A DNA stretch of 64,000 bases from a virus (lineage: Duplodnaviria > Caudoviricetes): IMG/VR virus record IMGVR_UViG_3300026442_000101. One strand, given 5' to 3'. Shown here one piece after another: positions 43,450 to 54,417 of this stretch (within the stretch, counting starts at the first letter, position 1; each line of letters opens with the position of its first letter). A program made the translations under genes and the position numbers. A model generated the notes under the pieces. That model was not told the DNA's origin and did not search any database. It saw nothing but the letters and a program-made list of their open reading frames with translations.

Positions 43450-44697
43450 TTACAGACGGCCTGGTACGCGGCCTTCCAGGTACGACTTCATGATCTCCGA
43501 CAGATCACCGTTCTGGGACTGAGGACCTGCGCCCTTGATGTCCTTGAGGGTGTACACGCCGTAGTCTTCGATGTCGCGGGTGTAGACGGTGACGGTTTCG
43601 AGATCAGGATCGATCACGAACAGCAGCATCATCAAACCACCTTCGAACATATCCTGACGGACTGCGAAGTCGTTGAAGCGGCCATTCATCTTCTCTTCCA
43701 CTTCACGCTGCGTGTCTTTGGTGATAACGCAGATAGAGGTGGCGTCGCCGATGGACGGCTGGCCAGTCAGCATGGTAGCGATCAGGCCCTTGTTGGCGCG
43801 CTGGTGAGCCTTGCGGAAGTAGCCGGATTTGTCAGACATGACGGCACGACGGTAAGCGTCGATACGATCCAGGCCAAGCACCAGGTCACGCAGCAGCTCT
43901 TTCTCACCGACACGCCATGCACGCCAGCGAGCAGGGGCGCGGTTGTTCTCACCGACCAGGCTCAGCAGCTCAACCAGAGAGACGGGCTCCATGGCGAGAG
44001 TGCGCAGACGGATAGCAACCGGGACAGTGGCTTTGTTAGCGCCGTCCTGGATGGATACGTCAACGATCTGACCCACGGCGAGGTTACCCACGTCCTGAGC
44101 GATCTTGGCGGTGGTGGAGCCGAAGGTGGCGCCGCCGGAGGTGCCTTTATCGGAGCCGAGCGGATCGCCAGAAGGCAGATCCTTCTCGTTACGAGAACCG
44201 CGCGGGTCGTTGGCTTCGGTGGTGTAGTCCGAGTAACGCTCCAGACCAGCGGCCTCGCCTACGAACGGCAAGCCCAATTGATATGATTCGTTGGAAAGGA
44301 AGGACAACGATGCCGCAGTCAGATCACGATCCGGCGCGAACTTGTCGAGGTACTTCGCAACACGCACCCCGCCGATGGTGTTGTCGGAGGCCACGGTCAG
44401 CAAGTAGTACGAGGTGAACAGTCGCTGAGCGACGTTCATTACGTCCTTGGTGTACGGCAGGCGCACAGCGCGGGAGTCGATCAAAGCGAACGGCTCGATG
44501 CGCACGGACTTGGTTTTGGAAACGTAGTTCTGCCCGGCGCCGGAGGCCCAAGCGACTTTCAGTGCATCGACGACCTTGTTCAGCGAAGTGTTGACTACGG
44601 CATCAGCCGTTCTGTCCACGACCGCTTTAGCGAAGGCTCCGCCTACAGCTGCACCTGCCGCAACACCTGCGGCTTTGAAGATGGCACCAATGCTCAT
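43450..44697 (-). CDS. Inner-body/virion protein (phiKZ gp89-like)
   Basis: TKSVRIEP, SNES and YTTEA processing-type sites; divergent from the next operon as in phiKZ. Confidence 0.65.
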   Translation of the reverse strand: MSIGAIFKAAGVAAGAAVGGAFAKAVVDRTADAVVNTSLNKVVDALKVAWASGAGQNYVSKTKSVRIEPFALIDSRAVRLPYTKDVMNVAQRLFTSYYLLTVASDNTIGGVRVAKYLDKFAPDRDLTAASLSFLSNESYQLGLPFVGEAAGLERYSDYTTEANDPRGSRNEKDLPSGDPLGSDKGTSGGATFGSTTAKIAQDVGNLAVGQIVDVSIQDGANKATVPVAIRLRTLAMEPVSLVELLSLVGENNRAPARWRAWRVGEKELLRDLVLGLDRIDAYRRAVMSDKSGYFRKAHQRANKGLIATMLTGQPSIGDATSICVITKDTQREVEEKMNGRFNDFAVRQDMFEGGLMMLLFVIDPDLETVTVYTRDIEDYGVYTLKDIKGAGPQSQNGDLSEIMKSYLEGRVPGRL

Positions 44698-44770
44698 CGC
44701 GTTACTCCCGAGGTGACATTACCAGAGCTGTTTAATTGAATACATTGAATAAAGGAAGGTAGGGCTGGGT

Positions 44771-45841
44771 ATGGCCGCAGAAACCGATTTCATTTACTCG
44801 CAAATCATGCAACACGTTGCTGAGACAGGAGGACTGGATGACCAGTACTCTTTGATGGACAACGTCTCCAGGACGATGGGTGCTGGCGCGGAATACAGTC
44901 GCTACAACGACGTCTTCTACGGCATCAACCGGAACCCTGGGTTGGCTCCTTTGCCATTGCACAGAGAATTGCAAGGCCTTGTGCTGTTCACAAGACCGAA
45001 TCTCAATTTGTCATACGATAACATCGCGCCTGTACGGCAGTTGGCGGCACTGATGACTCAGGACCCCGATACCTATCAGTACGCGGTGCGTATGGCACTC
45101 GATCCGACCACCTATAAGACAGCTAAGAAGTCTCCGCTGGTTGACTCGTTCCAACCTTATCTCACCTTGCTGACGAACACGATCGCCACGGCGAGTGCTC
45201 CGCCAGACATCGGCCTCAACGCATATTCTTCTCCGGAAGGTGCTGCGAAGGAGGTGTGGATCATGAACGACTCGATCGCTGAGTACAACGGTCGTTACGA
45301 CATCACCTGCACCTTCAACAACATTAAGGGCAACGCTGTGCTGGCCATGCTCCACGCATGGATCATCTATATCGGTGCGTTGAGGGTTGGTCCGATCGTC
45401 CCTCACCCGATCCAGCGTAAGCGTAACGAGATGGATTACTTCACTCGTATCGAACGCATCAAGCTCGAAGAGAACGGTCGTAAGATCGCGTCGTGGTTCC
45501 ACTGCGGTGCTGCGTTCCCAACCAACCTTTCTATCGGTGCAGGCTTTGGCTTTAACCGTGAAGAGGCTACCGAGTTTGAGAACAAGCAGATCTCCGTTCA
45601 GTTCGCTTGTGTCGGCGCTGTCTATAATGACCCGATCCAGTTGATCGAATTCAACTATCGCGTCATGCGCTGGAACCCGAACATGGTCGATGGCGTACGC
45701 AATCAGAAGTACACCAAGATCCCACGTCAGTACCTGCTGGCCACTAACTACAATGGTTACCCATGGATCAACCTTGCGACCCAAGAGCTTGAGTGGTACC
45801 TGGATAACGAAACTTACGCGCAGCTCATCAAGGGCCTGTAA
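44771..45841 (+). CDS. Virion structural protein (phiKZ gp88-like)
   Basis: 356 aa; GLVLFTRPNLNLS motif; synteny. Confidence 0.65.
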   Translation: MAAETDFIYSQIMQHVAETGGLDDQYSLMDNVSRTMGAGAEYSRYNDVFYGINRNPGLAPLPLHRELQGLVLFTRPNLNLSYDNIAPVRQLAALMTQDPDTYQYAVRMALDPTTYKTAKKSPLVDSFQPYLTLLTNTIATASAPPDIGLNAYSSPEGAAKEVWIMNDSIAEYNGRYDITCTFNNIKGNAVLAMLHAWIIYIGALRVGPIVPHPIQRKRNEMDYFTRIERIKLEENGRKIASWFHCGAAFPTNLSIGAGFGFNREEATEFENKQISVQFACVGAVYNDPIQLIEFNYRVMRWNPNMVDGVRNQKYTKIPRQYLLATNYNGYPWINLATQELEWYLDNETYAQLIKGL

Positions 45842-45849
45842 CGGAGTGA

Positions 45850-48795
45850 ATGATGGCAACTGAATCCTCGAAGATCATCGAACAGATGTCGATGATCCGC
45901 TACGAGCCTACCCGGCTGCTACCTCTGACGATGGGTCTCGTGGAAGATGCGTTTGATGGGAAAGACATCTTGGTCGACCCGTCAATGCCGTTCCCTTACC
46001 TCATCGAGATCAGCGCGACCCTGACCGCTGGTGCGATCGAAGAAGATCAACTGCTGAACATGCAGCAGTATCCGGTCATGGCTGAAGACGAAGACTCGCT
46101 GTTCCGTCACCTGTCTGACAAGAACTTCGTCAACATGTTTGGTACTCCGGCTGGCTGCTGGTTTGACATCCTCCTCTCTAAGGAAGAGGTTATCGCCAAC
46201 GCAGTGCAGGTTGGTACCACCGGCACTAAGAAGCTGACCCTACCTCGTCACTCACAGATCGTGGTCAACAACCTGGCCTTCACCATGCAGTATCCGATCA
46301 CGTTCATCGTGAAGAAGCATGGTGGTATCGACGTGGTCTATGATGGTAGTCAGACCTCGCCGATCCAGGCGCTGGCTGGTAACAAACCTGAATGGGGCAC
46401 TTACTGGCTGGACACCAAGTCGGCTGGTCGTGTCGAGATGATCAGGGTCCGTACGTACGTCAAGCAGATGCAACTGACCTCGTACACCTACAGCCTGACC
46501 GGCGCGAAAGCGTTGAAGAAGGCGCTGAACCTCGTCGACCAGTTCTACTACGTCCGTGCCTTCAGCCGTAACGCCGGCAAGACTGGGTGGACTGAGATCA
46601 AGACCACCAACTCTCAACAGGTGTTCGACCCACTCGATCCGACACTGCTCTACAAAGTGATCGACGGTGTGATTACCGTGGAGCTGCCGTACGTCTACTT
46701 CGCCACAGCGTTGGCGACTGCTGACATCCGTGTTGACGTCTATACCTTCAAAGGTCCAGTCAATATGTCGATGTCCGACCTCACCCCTGACGCTTACGTC
46801 GTGACGTGGAAGGACTTGGACGAATCGGATAACCGGATGTATTCGGCTCCATTGTCGCTGATGACCACCATCAGTATCTTCTCGACCGACATGATCTCTG
46901 GCGGCACTAACGCGCCAACGTTTGAAGTCCGTCGTCAACGGGTGCTGGATAACGCGGTGGGTGATAACGTCATCCCGATCAGCGACGCTCAGATGGGTAC
47001 GCAGCTTGAAGAGCTTGGTTTCGACTCCATGGTCAACCAGGACCTCGTGACCTTCCGCACCTACCTCGCCACTCGGGCTATGCCTGATAGCGAAGGCAGT
47101 CTGGCCAGTACCGGTATCGACGCAGCTGTGGTAACGGCCAAGAAGTCTTTGACCGACATCATTCCGCTGGAAACGGTGATCAACAACCATCCACGGTACA
47201 CCATCCAACCGGAGACGCTGTATCGCAACATCGACGGGACCCTGCGGTTCTGCACCGATGCTGAACGTAAGGCTATCGACGCCTTACGTGGCGATGCGCT
47301 GGTTAACACCATCTCCGACGGGACCTATCTGTGGACGCCTCTGCATTACGTGCTCGACATCTCGGAAGAGGAGTTTGAAGTACGGCCGTATTACCTGAGC
47401 GCTCCAAGCTTCGACGTTACCTCGTACGAGGCCAGTAACGACACGCTGGGCCTTACGGTAAGCTCTTCGGCAGATCGGACCGTTACTCGGGACAAGGACG
47501 GCTACGTCATCCGGGTCAAGTCCAGCTCCAACGCTGCATGGAAGGCGCTGCGTGACGATCAGGTGCATGTGCAGCTGGCGTTCATTCCGAAAGGTGAGAG
47601 CGACTACGCGTACATCAACGGCGTGCAAATCGCCAAGTCCGGTGAGCGCTGGTACGAGTTCCGTGTTGCGTCGAACTGGGATCTTGATGAAGAGCACTTC
47701 TTGACCACCACCAACTTCAGCATGTACGAGCCGGTCGAGCGGAACTACCCGGTTCCTCTGAATATCGGCTTCTCGCTGATCTGGTCGGTGTCGGACTATT
47801 CGGTAGATGGTGCCGAGAGTACCGAGGTCGATCTGGTACTGGGCGATTACCTGCTGCCTGACGATGCTATCGGCGTGTACCACGAACTGCTGTACGTGAA
47901 CTTCGGTTCCGAGCTGACTGGTCTGTGGGCGCGTTCGCGTTCGATGATTGGTCTGCGTAAGTACGTGACCTACCCTGCCGATGTGCTGGCCATCTACAAG
48001 ACCAACGTTATCGACACCGATCCGATGACGCAGCGTCCGATCATTGAAGATGATCCAGACAATCCTGGCGAGAAGCGTCTAAAGATCAAGCACAAGAAAG
48101 GCGATCCTAAGTTCAACGCCGATGGCGTGCGTGAGATCGAACACCATGCAGGCGATGCGGTTCTTGACGAACATGGTCAGCCTGTAATGGAAGATGAGCG
48201 TAACATCATTCGCTGGTGGGACGTCTGTCTGTTTGATGCGGTCTATCGTTACGCCACCTACGCCAAGGACGTGGAATACACGGCCTCCGTACCGGCTGTA
48301 TTGGTCGAGTGGATCAACGACACGTTGGGCGCTATTCGAGCGGACCTGCTCGAGAACACCGACTTGCTGTTCCAACCACGCAACACGATCAAGTACGTCG
48401 AGTGTACCGTAGACGACAGCGAGCTCGAAACGCTGCTCACTTCGCAGCACCTGACGATCGACCTGTACGTCACGAAGGAAGTCTACAACAACACCGAACT
48501 GCGCGCTGCTCTGAAAGCGGCTTCCATTGCGCAGGCTGTGGCTGGGATGGATAACAATATCGTGGCAGCAGCGAAGATCGAGCGGGCCATTACCGATAAC
48601 CTCGGCACTGACATCGTCACTGTCGAACTGTCGGGTCTGGGCGGGCAAGATAAGAACTTCAATGTCGTGCAGCTTAACGACGACTCTTCGCGTCTGGTTA
48701 TCGCCAAGGCGCTGGAGGAGCAAGCCGATGGCACCTTCGCCATTGTCGATGCTATTGAAGTCAACTTCAAGCTCCACAGCAAGCGTACGGCATAA
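45850..48795 (+). CDS. Large baseplate/tail structural protein (phiKZ gp87-like)
   Basis: 981 aa; baseplate-wedge-like segment SGGTNAPTFEVRRQRV; synteny. Confidence 0.7.
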   Translation: MMATESSKIIEQMSMIRYEPTRLLPLTMGLVEDAFDGKDILVDPSMPFPYLIEISATLTAGAIEEDQLLNMQQYPVMAEDEDSLFRHLSDKNFVNMFGTPAGCWFDILLSKEEVIANAVQVGTTGTKKLTLPRHSQIVVNNLAFTMQYPITFIVKKHGGIDVVYDGSQTSPIQALAGNKPEWGTYWLDTKSAGRVEMIRVRTYVKQMQLTSYTYSLTGAKALKKALNLVDQFYYVRAFSRNAGKTGWTEIKTTNSQQVFDPLDPTLLYKVIDGVITVELPYVYFATALATADIRVDVYTFKGPVNMSMSDLTPDAYVVTWKDLDESDNRMYSAPLSLMTTISIFSTDMISGGTNAPTFEVRRQRVLDNAVGDNVIPISDAQMGTQLEELGFDSMVNQDLVTFRTYLATRAMPDSEGSLASTGIDAAVVTAKKSLTDIIPLETVINNHPRYTIQPETLYRNIDGTLRFCTDAERKAIDALRGDALVNTISDGTYLWTPLHYVLDISEEEFEVRPYYLSAPSFDVTSYEASNDTLGLTVSSSADRTVTRDKDGYVIRVKSSSNAAWKALRDDQVHVQLAFIPKGESDYAYINGVQIAKSGERWYEFRVASNWDLDEEHFLTTTNFSMYEPVERNYPVPLNIGFSLIWSVSDYSVDGAESTEVDLVLGDYLLPDDAIGVYHELLYVNFGSELTGLWARSRSMIGLRKYVTYPADVLAIYKTNVIDTDPMTQRPIIEDDPDNPGEKRLKIKHKKGDPKFNADGVREIEHHAGDAVLDEHGQPVMEDERNIIRWWDVCLFDAVYRYATYAKDVEYTASVPAVLVEWINDTLGAIRADLLENTDLLFQPRNTIKYVECTVDDSELETLLTSQHLTIDLYVTKEVYNNTELRAALKAASIAQAVAGMDNNIVAAAKIERAITDNLGTDIVTVELSGLGGQDKNFNVVQLNDDSSRLVIAKALEEQADGTFAIVDAIEVNFKLHSKRTA

Positions 48796-48836
48796 AGCCC
48801 ACACACCTGCCGGGCGACCGGCAGGTGTGTGCTTTA

Positions 48837-50660
48837 CTATGCTGCGTTCTCGAAATCCTTCTTCGCTTCTTCAAGCCATTCGTCGAACTTCGGCCAGCCG
48901 CAGACAGTCTCGATGATCTCGACTGCGTTGACCCTGCCGCCTGTGAGGTTGATACTTGCCAACCGCTGTTTCTCACGACCAACCCCCTGAATGGAACAGG
49001 GTTCGTTCATCGTGGTTTCCTTGGAGAGGTTCTGAATGATCTCCGCGGTGGGGTACGTCGTCTCAACGTCGGCGTCGGCGTTGAACATGTGGACTAGGGA
49101 TTGGACCTCAGGCATGTCGCTGAAGAGGAACAGTCCAGAGTCGACCACGTTGTGGCTTGGGAACGTAACGATCCAGCCATCCTTGCCCATCAGGAGCTCA
49201 TCGTTCTCATCCCGCATTTCATCGGAAGTCGAGCAGATGATCTTGTTACGCTTCTTCATCACGCTGAACAGCATGTCGATAGCGTTGATGGTAGGCTGGG
49301 AGTTGAAGCGGGAGAAGTCGCAAGGGCCTGCCAGAGAGCTGATCTGGCTGGAAAGGTCGCTGTTCTTCTTATCAAGCACGTACACACCGAGGGAGTCAAT
49401 GATGTTGTACACGCCGTAACGTACTTTGTACGCCCGTTGCATGTCCATGTGCCAGTGGATCGTACCGCTCGGGATGGAAGTATCCTCGGTAGGGTATTCG
49501 AGCTTACCTACATCGAGCTGACGGTCTAGCACGGCACCTAAGCCGTATCCGCCAGATTCCTTACCCTTAGCCTTACGCAGCTGCCAATACACCTGCATGG
49601 CGTCCTGCATGCGCCATGTGGCGCAGTTCATGATGACGTTCCAACGTTCCTGAGGATCGAGGCGCATCTCACGACCAGACGACATCTTCTTGGTAGCACT
49701 GCCCTCTTTGAGCAGCACCCCGCGATACTCGTAAGGAACTCGAGGATCGGACAGAATGTCGGCAGGATCATAGCCGGCGTGCAGGATCGACGCTTCGACT
49801 ACTTTCGCATCGAAGAATACGTTCCAACCAGTAACGATGTCAGGCTGAGTAAAGTGCAGGCGATCGATCATGGCTTTGGTAATGCCGAAGTGATCATCTG
49901 CAAATTCTACACGCACTGGGATCTTTTCGATATCATCGATCCACGATGCGTATTCGCCCTTCTTGTTACTGAGCTTCTTCCTGATGATCCCAACCCAGTT
50001 GCCGATGACTGCCTTGTATTCGTCAAGGACTTGCTCAGCGTAGTTGGTGATATCGAACGTCCAGTCTTTGTTGACGTAGAGTACGATCTCATCATCAGAT
50101 ACCAGAGACCACAGGATGGGCAGCTGTTGCTTCTTGTCGAGCAGGCAGTTTACATCGGTCTCGGCGTCGATTACAGCGACGCGGTTTGGACGGAACGCAG
50201 TTGGCCAGCGCTGCATGTAGGCGTTCTTCATGAACACCTCAGGACCTACGTCAAGACCGTAGACGTAAGGACTGCGCGCAATGGTCTTTAACGGGTTGCT
50301 TGCTGAGCAGGGAGCCTGACGACCTAAGCGGAAGCAGATATCCTGACGCAGACCAATCTGCGGGATCTTGAACATGTCCACCCGACTGATGTCTTCGAAC
50401 TGAATCTTGTCAGGGTGGGTGCGCAAGTGTTCTTTGGTGACCCAGTAAGGACGCTTGTAGTCCTCAACGAACCGCATGGTTGGCCAACGTGTGCCATCAT
50501 CAAGGGTCCAATACTCTTTAATGGATAGCATGTCGTGGTGCTCGCCACCACGGTGGCGGGTGTAAGTGGCGTGCTTACACTCTTTTGCCACTACACGTTC
50601 CTTAGGCAGAGCTCGTAAGAACGCGTCAATCGCGGCTGGTGAAGTCAAACTTTCCATCAT
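48837..50660 (-). CDS. Split family-B DNA polymerase, exonuclease/N-terminal subunit (phiKZ gp82-like)
   Basis: ExoI VIDAETD, ExoII TGWNVFFD, ExoIII YNIIDSL, and C-terminal PolB motif A (DADVETTYPT...NLSKET); no motif C. Confidence 0.85.
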   Translation of the reverse strand: MMESLTSPAAIDAFLRALPKERVVAKECKHATYTRHRGGEHHDMLSIKEYWTLDDGTRWPTMRFVEDYKRPYWVTKEHLRTHPDKIQFEDISRVDMFKIPQIGLRQDICFRLGRQAPCSASNPLKTIARSPYVYGLDVGPEVFMKNAYMQRWPTAFRPNRVAVIDAETDVNCLLDKKQQLPILWSLVSDDEIVLYVNKDWTFDITNYAEQVLDEYKAVIGNWVGIIRKKLSNKKGEYASWIDDIEKIPVRVEFADDHFGITKAMIDRLHFTQPDIVTGWNVFFDAKVVEASILHAGYDPADILSDPRVPYEYRGVLLKEGSATKKMSSGREMRLDPQERWNVIMNCATWRMQDAMQVYWQLRKAKGKESGGYGLGAVLDRQLDVGKLEYPTEDTSIPSGTIHWHMDMQRAYKVRYGVYNIIDSLGVYVLDKKNSDLSSQISSLAGPCDFSRFNSQPTINAIDMLFSVMKKRNKIICSTSDEMRDENDELLMGKDGWIVTFPSHNVVDSGLFLFSDMPEVQSLVHMFNADADVETTYPTAEIIQNLSKETTMNEPCSIQGVGREKQRLASINLTGGRVNAVEIIETVCGWPKFDEWLEEAKKDFENAA

Positions 50661-50756
50661 GTGCCTCGAATGGTTTTCCTCTAGAGCATATGTTAATCGG
50701 GTAACTCTCTACAGCGGCTGGTATGAGTCCTCCGCACGGTCTATGGAGCCGTAATT

Positions 50757-52049
50757 ATGATCAATCTACAAGAGTCGATGGAAGCGATCGCCTTCCAGAA
50801 GAACTCGACATTCTTCAAAGATATCACGTCACTGTTCGGCCAAGCCATGCGTGCTGAGACCGAGAACGAACTCAACGCCGTGCTGAGCAAGATCACCGCC
50901 GATACTCTCGAGATCACCGGGATCTGGATGGAACCTCGGCAAGTGAATTCGCAAGGCTTCCTCGCGCCGTACGTCGTCAACATCCGCTTGCCGGATCTCA
51001 ACGTAGTCAGTCCTCTCAATGAGGGTGCTGTAAAGCGGCTGCGCAAGTTCGACGTTGAAGGCATGCAGATCCAGCAGGTCATCTCCGGCACCATCGACAT
51101 GAAGACAGGTAAGGTGTCGGGCTTCTTCTCGAAGATCCGCCACGACTTTGACTTCAGCCGCTCGCTGTTCGATGGACACTTCGAACCTGATGAAGTGGCC
51201 GGTCTGTATTTCCATGAAGTAGCCCACGCATGGGTTAACTTCAAATACCTTGGCGAGATGATGGCTACCAACGTCGTCCTCGCTGAAGTGGTCGGGCAGA
51301 TGGACACTCAGGCTACCATCGAGAAGAAGTACGCGGTTGGTCTTGCTGCGCTTAAACTCGCTGGCGTCGACAAGCGACCACCTCTTGATGTTGACTCTTC
51401 CGAGATCACTGCGCTGGTGCTCCAAGGTCAGGTCAGCCGGATGCAGAAAGAAGCCGACACTCGCTGGTACGACCGTCGCCTGGCCGAGTACCTGTCCGAT
51501 CAGTGGGCTGCTCGCTGGATGATCGGTTCGGCACTTGCACGCGCTCTGGCAAAGCTTGAGCGTAAGAAGGGTATATTTGCCCAGGCAGGCTACGACCCGA
51601 AATGGCTGGGGTTGAGCTACAACCTCCTGAACTTGTCGGGCTTCCCGTTCAAGGCTATCAGTGGTGGTGTTGCCAACCTCGTGACTCAGGGCCTGGCTAC
51701 CATTGCCAAGGACTTCGCTTGGAGCTTTGGCTTCAACGTGATCGCTGAGCTGCTCGGTAGCGATACTCACCTTGACGTCACTCAGCGTATCCAGCAGCAG
51801 CGTCGTGAGATCGTGACCTTACTCAAAGACCGTGAACTGCCGAAGGACATCGTCGATACGGCTCTGGCTGAGATCAAGGTCATTGACGAAGAACTCGCCC
51901 AGGTTCACCCTTTCTCCGACGTGCTTGGTAAAGTGAGTCGTTACGTCATTGATCTATTCAATGGCAATAAAAAGATGTCAGACGAACTGGCGAAAGAGGA
52001 ACTCGCCAATAATCGTTTGTACGAACTCTCCGCAATGCTCAAAAGGTAG
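50757..52049 (+). CDS. Virion protein with possible zincin-like HE motif
   Basis: N-terminal ESMEAI site; YFHEVAHA and EYLSDQWA motifs. Confidence 0.65.
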   Translation: MINLQESMEAIAFQKNSTFFKDITSLFGQAMRAETENELNAVLSKITADTLEITGIWMEPRQVNSQGFLAPYVVNIRLPDLNVVSPLNEGAVKRLRKFDVEGMQIQQVISGTIDMKTGKVSGFFSKIRHDFDFSRSLFDGHFEPDEVAGLYFHEVAHAWVNFKYLGEMMATNVVLAEVVGQMDTQATIEKKYAVGLAALKLAGVDKRPPLDVDSSEITALVLQGQVSRMQKEADTRWYDRRLAEYLSDQWAARWMIGSALARALAKLERKKGIFAQAGYDPKWLGLSYNLLNLSGFPFKAISGGVANLVTQGLATIAKDFAWSFGFNVIAELLGSDTHLDVTQRIQQQRREIVTLLKDRELPKDIVDTALAEIKVIDEELAQVHPFSDVLGKVSRYVIDLFNGNKKMSDELAKEELANNRLYELSAMLKR

Positions 52050-52054
52050 CACTC

Positions 52055-52489
52055 ATGAATCCGATGAAAGTCAGCGAACAGTTTGCCATGCCCGAAGGTA
52101 CGGGTCTGGAGAAACAGCGCCAATACGTCACCGCCTGCATCGGCATGGCTCTGGCCATCCTGGTCCCAGTGCCGACCCAAGAAATCGAGGGGCAGTCCGG
52201 CCGCGACTACTTCTTCGCCAACGCCCAGGGTCTGCGCGACACCATGTTCAAGGTGAACGAAGTCGTTCCCTTCGACGTGGACCGTGCGCTGGAAAGCGGT
52301 TACGCTCTGTGGTCGCGTCGTTACGAGATCGCGCTGAAGCCTACGCCGAGCGATCTGTTCACCAGCTACGACTTCCGGGTCGTGGTCAGCCAGCACATTC
52401 CTGAGCTGAGCGACCTGCCTGTTGACGTAGCTCGCGTTGGCAGCACGGTAGCCTTCCTGAAGGAATGCACCGAAGTCCCGGCTCAATAA
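52055..52489 (+). CDS. Conserved hypothetical/virion protein
   Basis: 144 aa, highly biased codon usage. Confidence 0.7.
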   Translation: MNPMKVSEQFAMPEGTGLEKQRQYVTACIGMALAILVPVPTQEIEGQSGRDYFFANAQGLRDTMFKVNEVVPFDVDRALESGYALWSRRYEIALKPTPSDLFTSYDFRVVVSQHIPELSDLPVDVARVGSTVAFLKECTEVPAQ

Positions 52490-52517
52490 GCCACCACCTC
52501 TGAAGGACGAGAACCAC

Positions 52518-53864
52518 ATGGGCGCCAATTTCGATCTGGGGTTGCTGTCGTTCGAATCTGCCGAAGTGCCAGGTAACGAAGAGATTCGTGCCGACGCTGC
52601 GGTGGGTGACGAAGTCGCTAACCCGATTCACTCGAAAGAGTTCGATGACATGCAAACTGTCTTCGACACTTACGAGACCATTACCACCCGTCGTTACATC
52701 TGCCGTGACGACATGCTGAAGATCAAGGAACTGGCCGGTAGCTATCCTTCGCTGGAAAAGCTGCTGAAGAAGTTCCCGGTCAACAGCTTCTCTCAGGAGC
52801 CGAGTCGCATCAACTATGATGTCTCGACTGAGAGCTTCATCAAGTCGGCTTATACAGCGGTTGTGAAGGCCCTGAAGGACATCCTGACTTTCATCGGTGA
52901 GAGCCTTCGCAAGTTCTGGGACTTCCTGACCAAGACCGGTCAGCAGACCGCAGCTGTCGACGGGATGGAAGGTAAGCTGCGCGCCATCCAGACTTATCTG
53001 AAGGAAGTCGATGCGATCATGGTAAACACCAAGGTTGCTGAAGACTACCGGAAGACTCGCGACGCTGCGATGACCAACCAGTACCACAACCTGACCAAGC
53101 GTTGGACCAAGTTCCGTCAACTGCACCTGGAGACTCCGGGTAAGTTCCTGGAAGATCTGAACGCACTGGCCGGTGTCATCACTACCAAGCTGCCGCCCTA
53201 CATCGATGCGGTCGATACCTTCCTCACCGAAGCCTCCAAGGCTGAGACTGAGCAGGACATCGAGAACGCGATCGCTAAGATCGAGCTGTTCGACATGGGT
53301 AGTCAGCAGCTGCTGCTTCTGGCCACTCGCATGGGCTACAGCGCTCGCGACAAGCTGGGCAATGGGGTTACTCCATTCCAGGCTCAAGCCGGTGCTATTC
53401 GCGGCACTTACCGCGGCCTGATCAACGAGCGCTGTGCGATTGACCGTGAGAAGTACAACACGGCTCTCACTGCCTACGAGATCTCCGCATGGCGCGAAGG
53501 TATCGAGAACACCATGTCCTACGTGAAGGGGCGTGTCGAGCCTACTCTGAAGAAGATCGATGGCTTCAATGCCGACAATCTGAAGCAGGGTCTGGAAGAT
53601 GCCTACATGAACCGTCTGGTTCCGTCCTTCAAGGCACTGACCTCGATCCTGGCTGGCTTCACCGCCGTCGAACAGAGCATGGGCCTGCTGACCCACAACC
53701 GCAACAACGTATCCCTCGGCATTGCCAAGGCTGCGCTTGAAGTGGCCAAGAAGATTGACCAGATGGTCGTAGCGAATAAGTCCTCGTTGACTATCGCTGA
53801 GCAGAACATCATCTGGCGTCAGCGTTCTGCGCTGTCTGCATCGTTTGGTGCTGAGCAGGACTAA
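52518..53864 (+). CDS. phiKZ-like internal head protein paralog
   Basis: LSFES, VSTESF followed by an amphipathic helix (LRKFWDFL). Confidence 0.75.
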   Translation: MGANFDLGLLSFESAEVPGNEEIRADAAVGDEVANPIHSKEFDDMQTVFDTYETITTRRYICRDDMLKIKELAGSYPSLEKLLKKFPVNSFSQEPSRINYDVSTESFIKSAYTAVVKALKDILTFIGESLRKFWDFLTKTGQQTAAVDGMEGKLRAIQTYLKEVDAIMVNTKVAEDYRKTRDAAMTNQYHNLTKRWTKFRQLHLETPGKFLEDLNALAGVITTKLPPYIDAVDTFLTEASKAETEQDIENAIAKIELFDMGSQQLLLLATRMGYSARDKLGNGVTPFQAQAGAIRGTYRGLINERCAIDREKYNTALTAYEISAWREGIENTMSYVKGRVEPTLKKIDGFNADNLKQGLEDAYMNRLVPSFKALTSILAGFTAVEQSMGLLTHNRNNVSLGIAKAALEVAKKIDQMVVANKSSLTIAEQNIIWRQRSALSASFGAEQD

Positions 53865-53909
53865 GCGACATAAGGGCCGGGGAACTCCCCGGCCTCTATG
53901 CTGTCTCCG

Positions 53910-54417
53910 TCACTGTGGCTTGGTACCGGCGTCTCGCGTCGCCCTTGTTTCTGCCGTGATCTGGTCAACGACTTCGTCTTCCTTCTTCCGCGCCTTACGA
54001 CCTTCCTTGAGAAGACCATCCAGATAATGCCTCGGATAGTTCATCAACTCGATCAAAGGCGTGTTGGTGATTTCAGGAATACGGCAAGCCATCAACTCGT
54101 TCATCAGCAATTGGATCCTACCACCAGTGATTACATCTTCTGCTGGATGCATCCCAATGATGGCAAGTGGATCGTTATCGCCGTTCAGATCGTGATCGAA
54201 GATTCCGTACGTCTGATCGTATTCTTCCATGAATGCGAGTTGTGAGGTCCAGTCGTCTGCGACCTTCCTTCGCATGATCAGATCGTACAGCGGCGAACCT
54301 GGAGCGTAGGGATTGATCCCTTTGCCGAAGTTCACGGTGGCGACGTGATGGTAGACCTCGCCTTCTGCCGTTAGGCGGACAGCCGCTGGATTCTGTGGCG
54401 GAGAAGGGTAAAAAAAA
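53910..54417 (-). CDS. Hypothetical protein (T4 gp51-like C-terminal motif); may be expressed by -1 frameshift from the upstream gene
   Basis: No ATG with SD near the upstream stop; the frame is open from the T8 run at 54410-54417; PLIELMNYPRHYLDGLL motif. Confidence 0.5.
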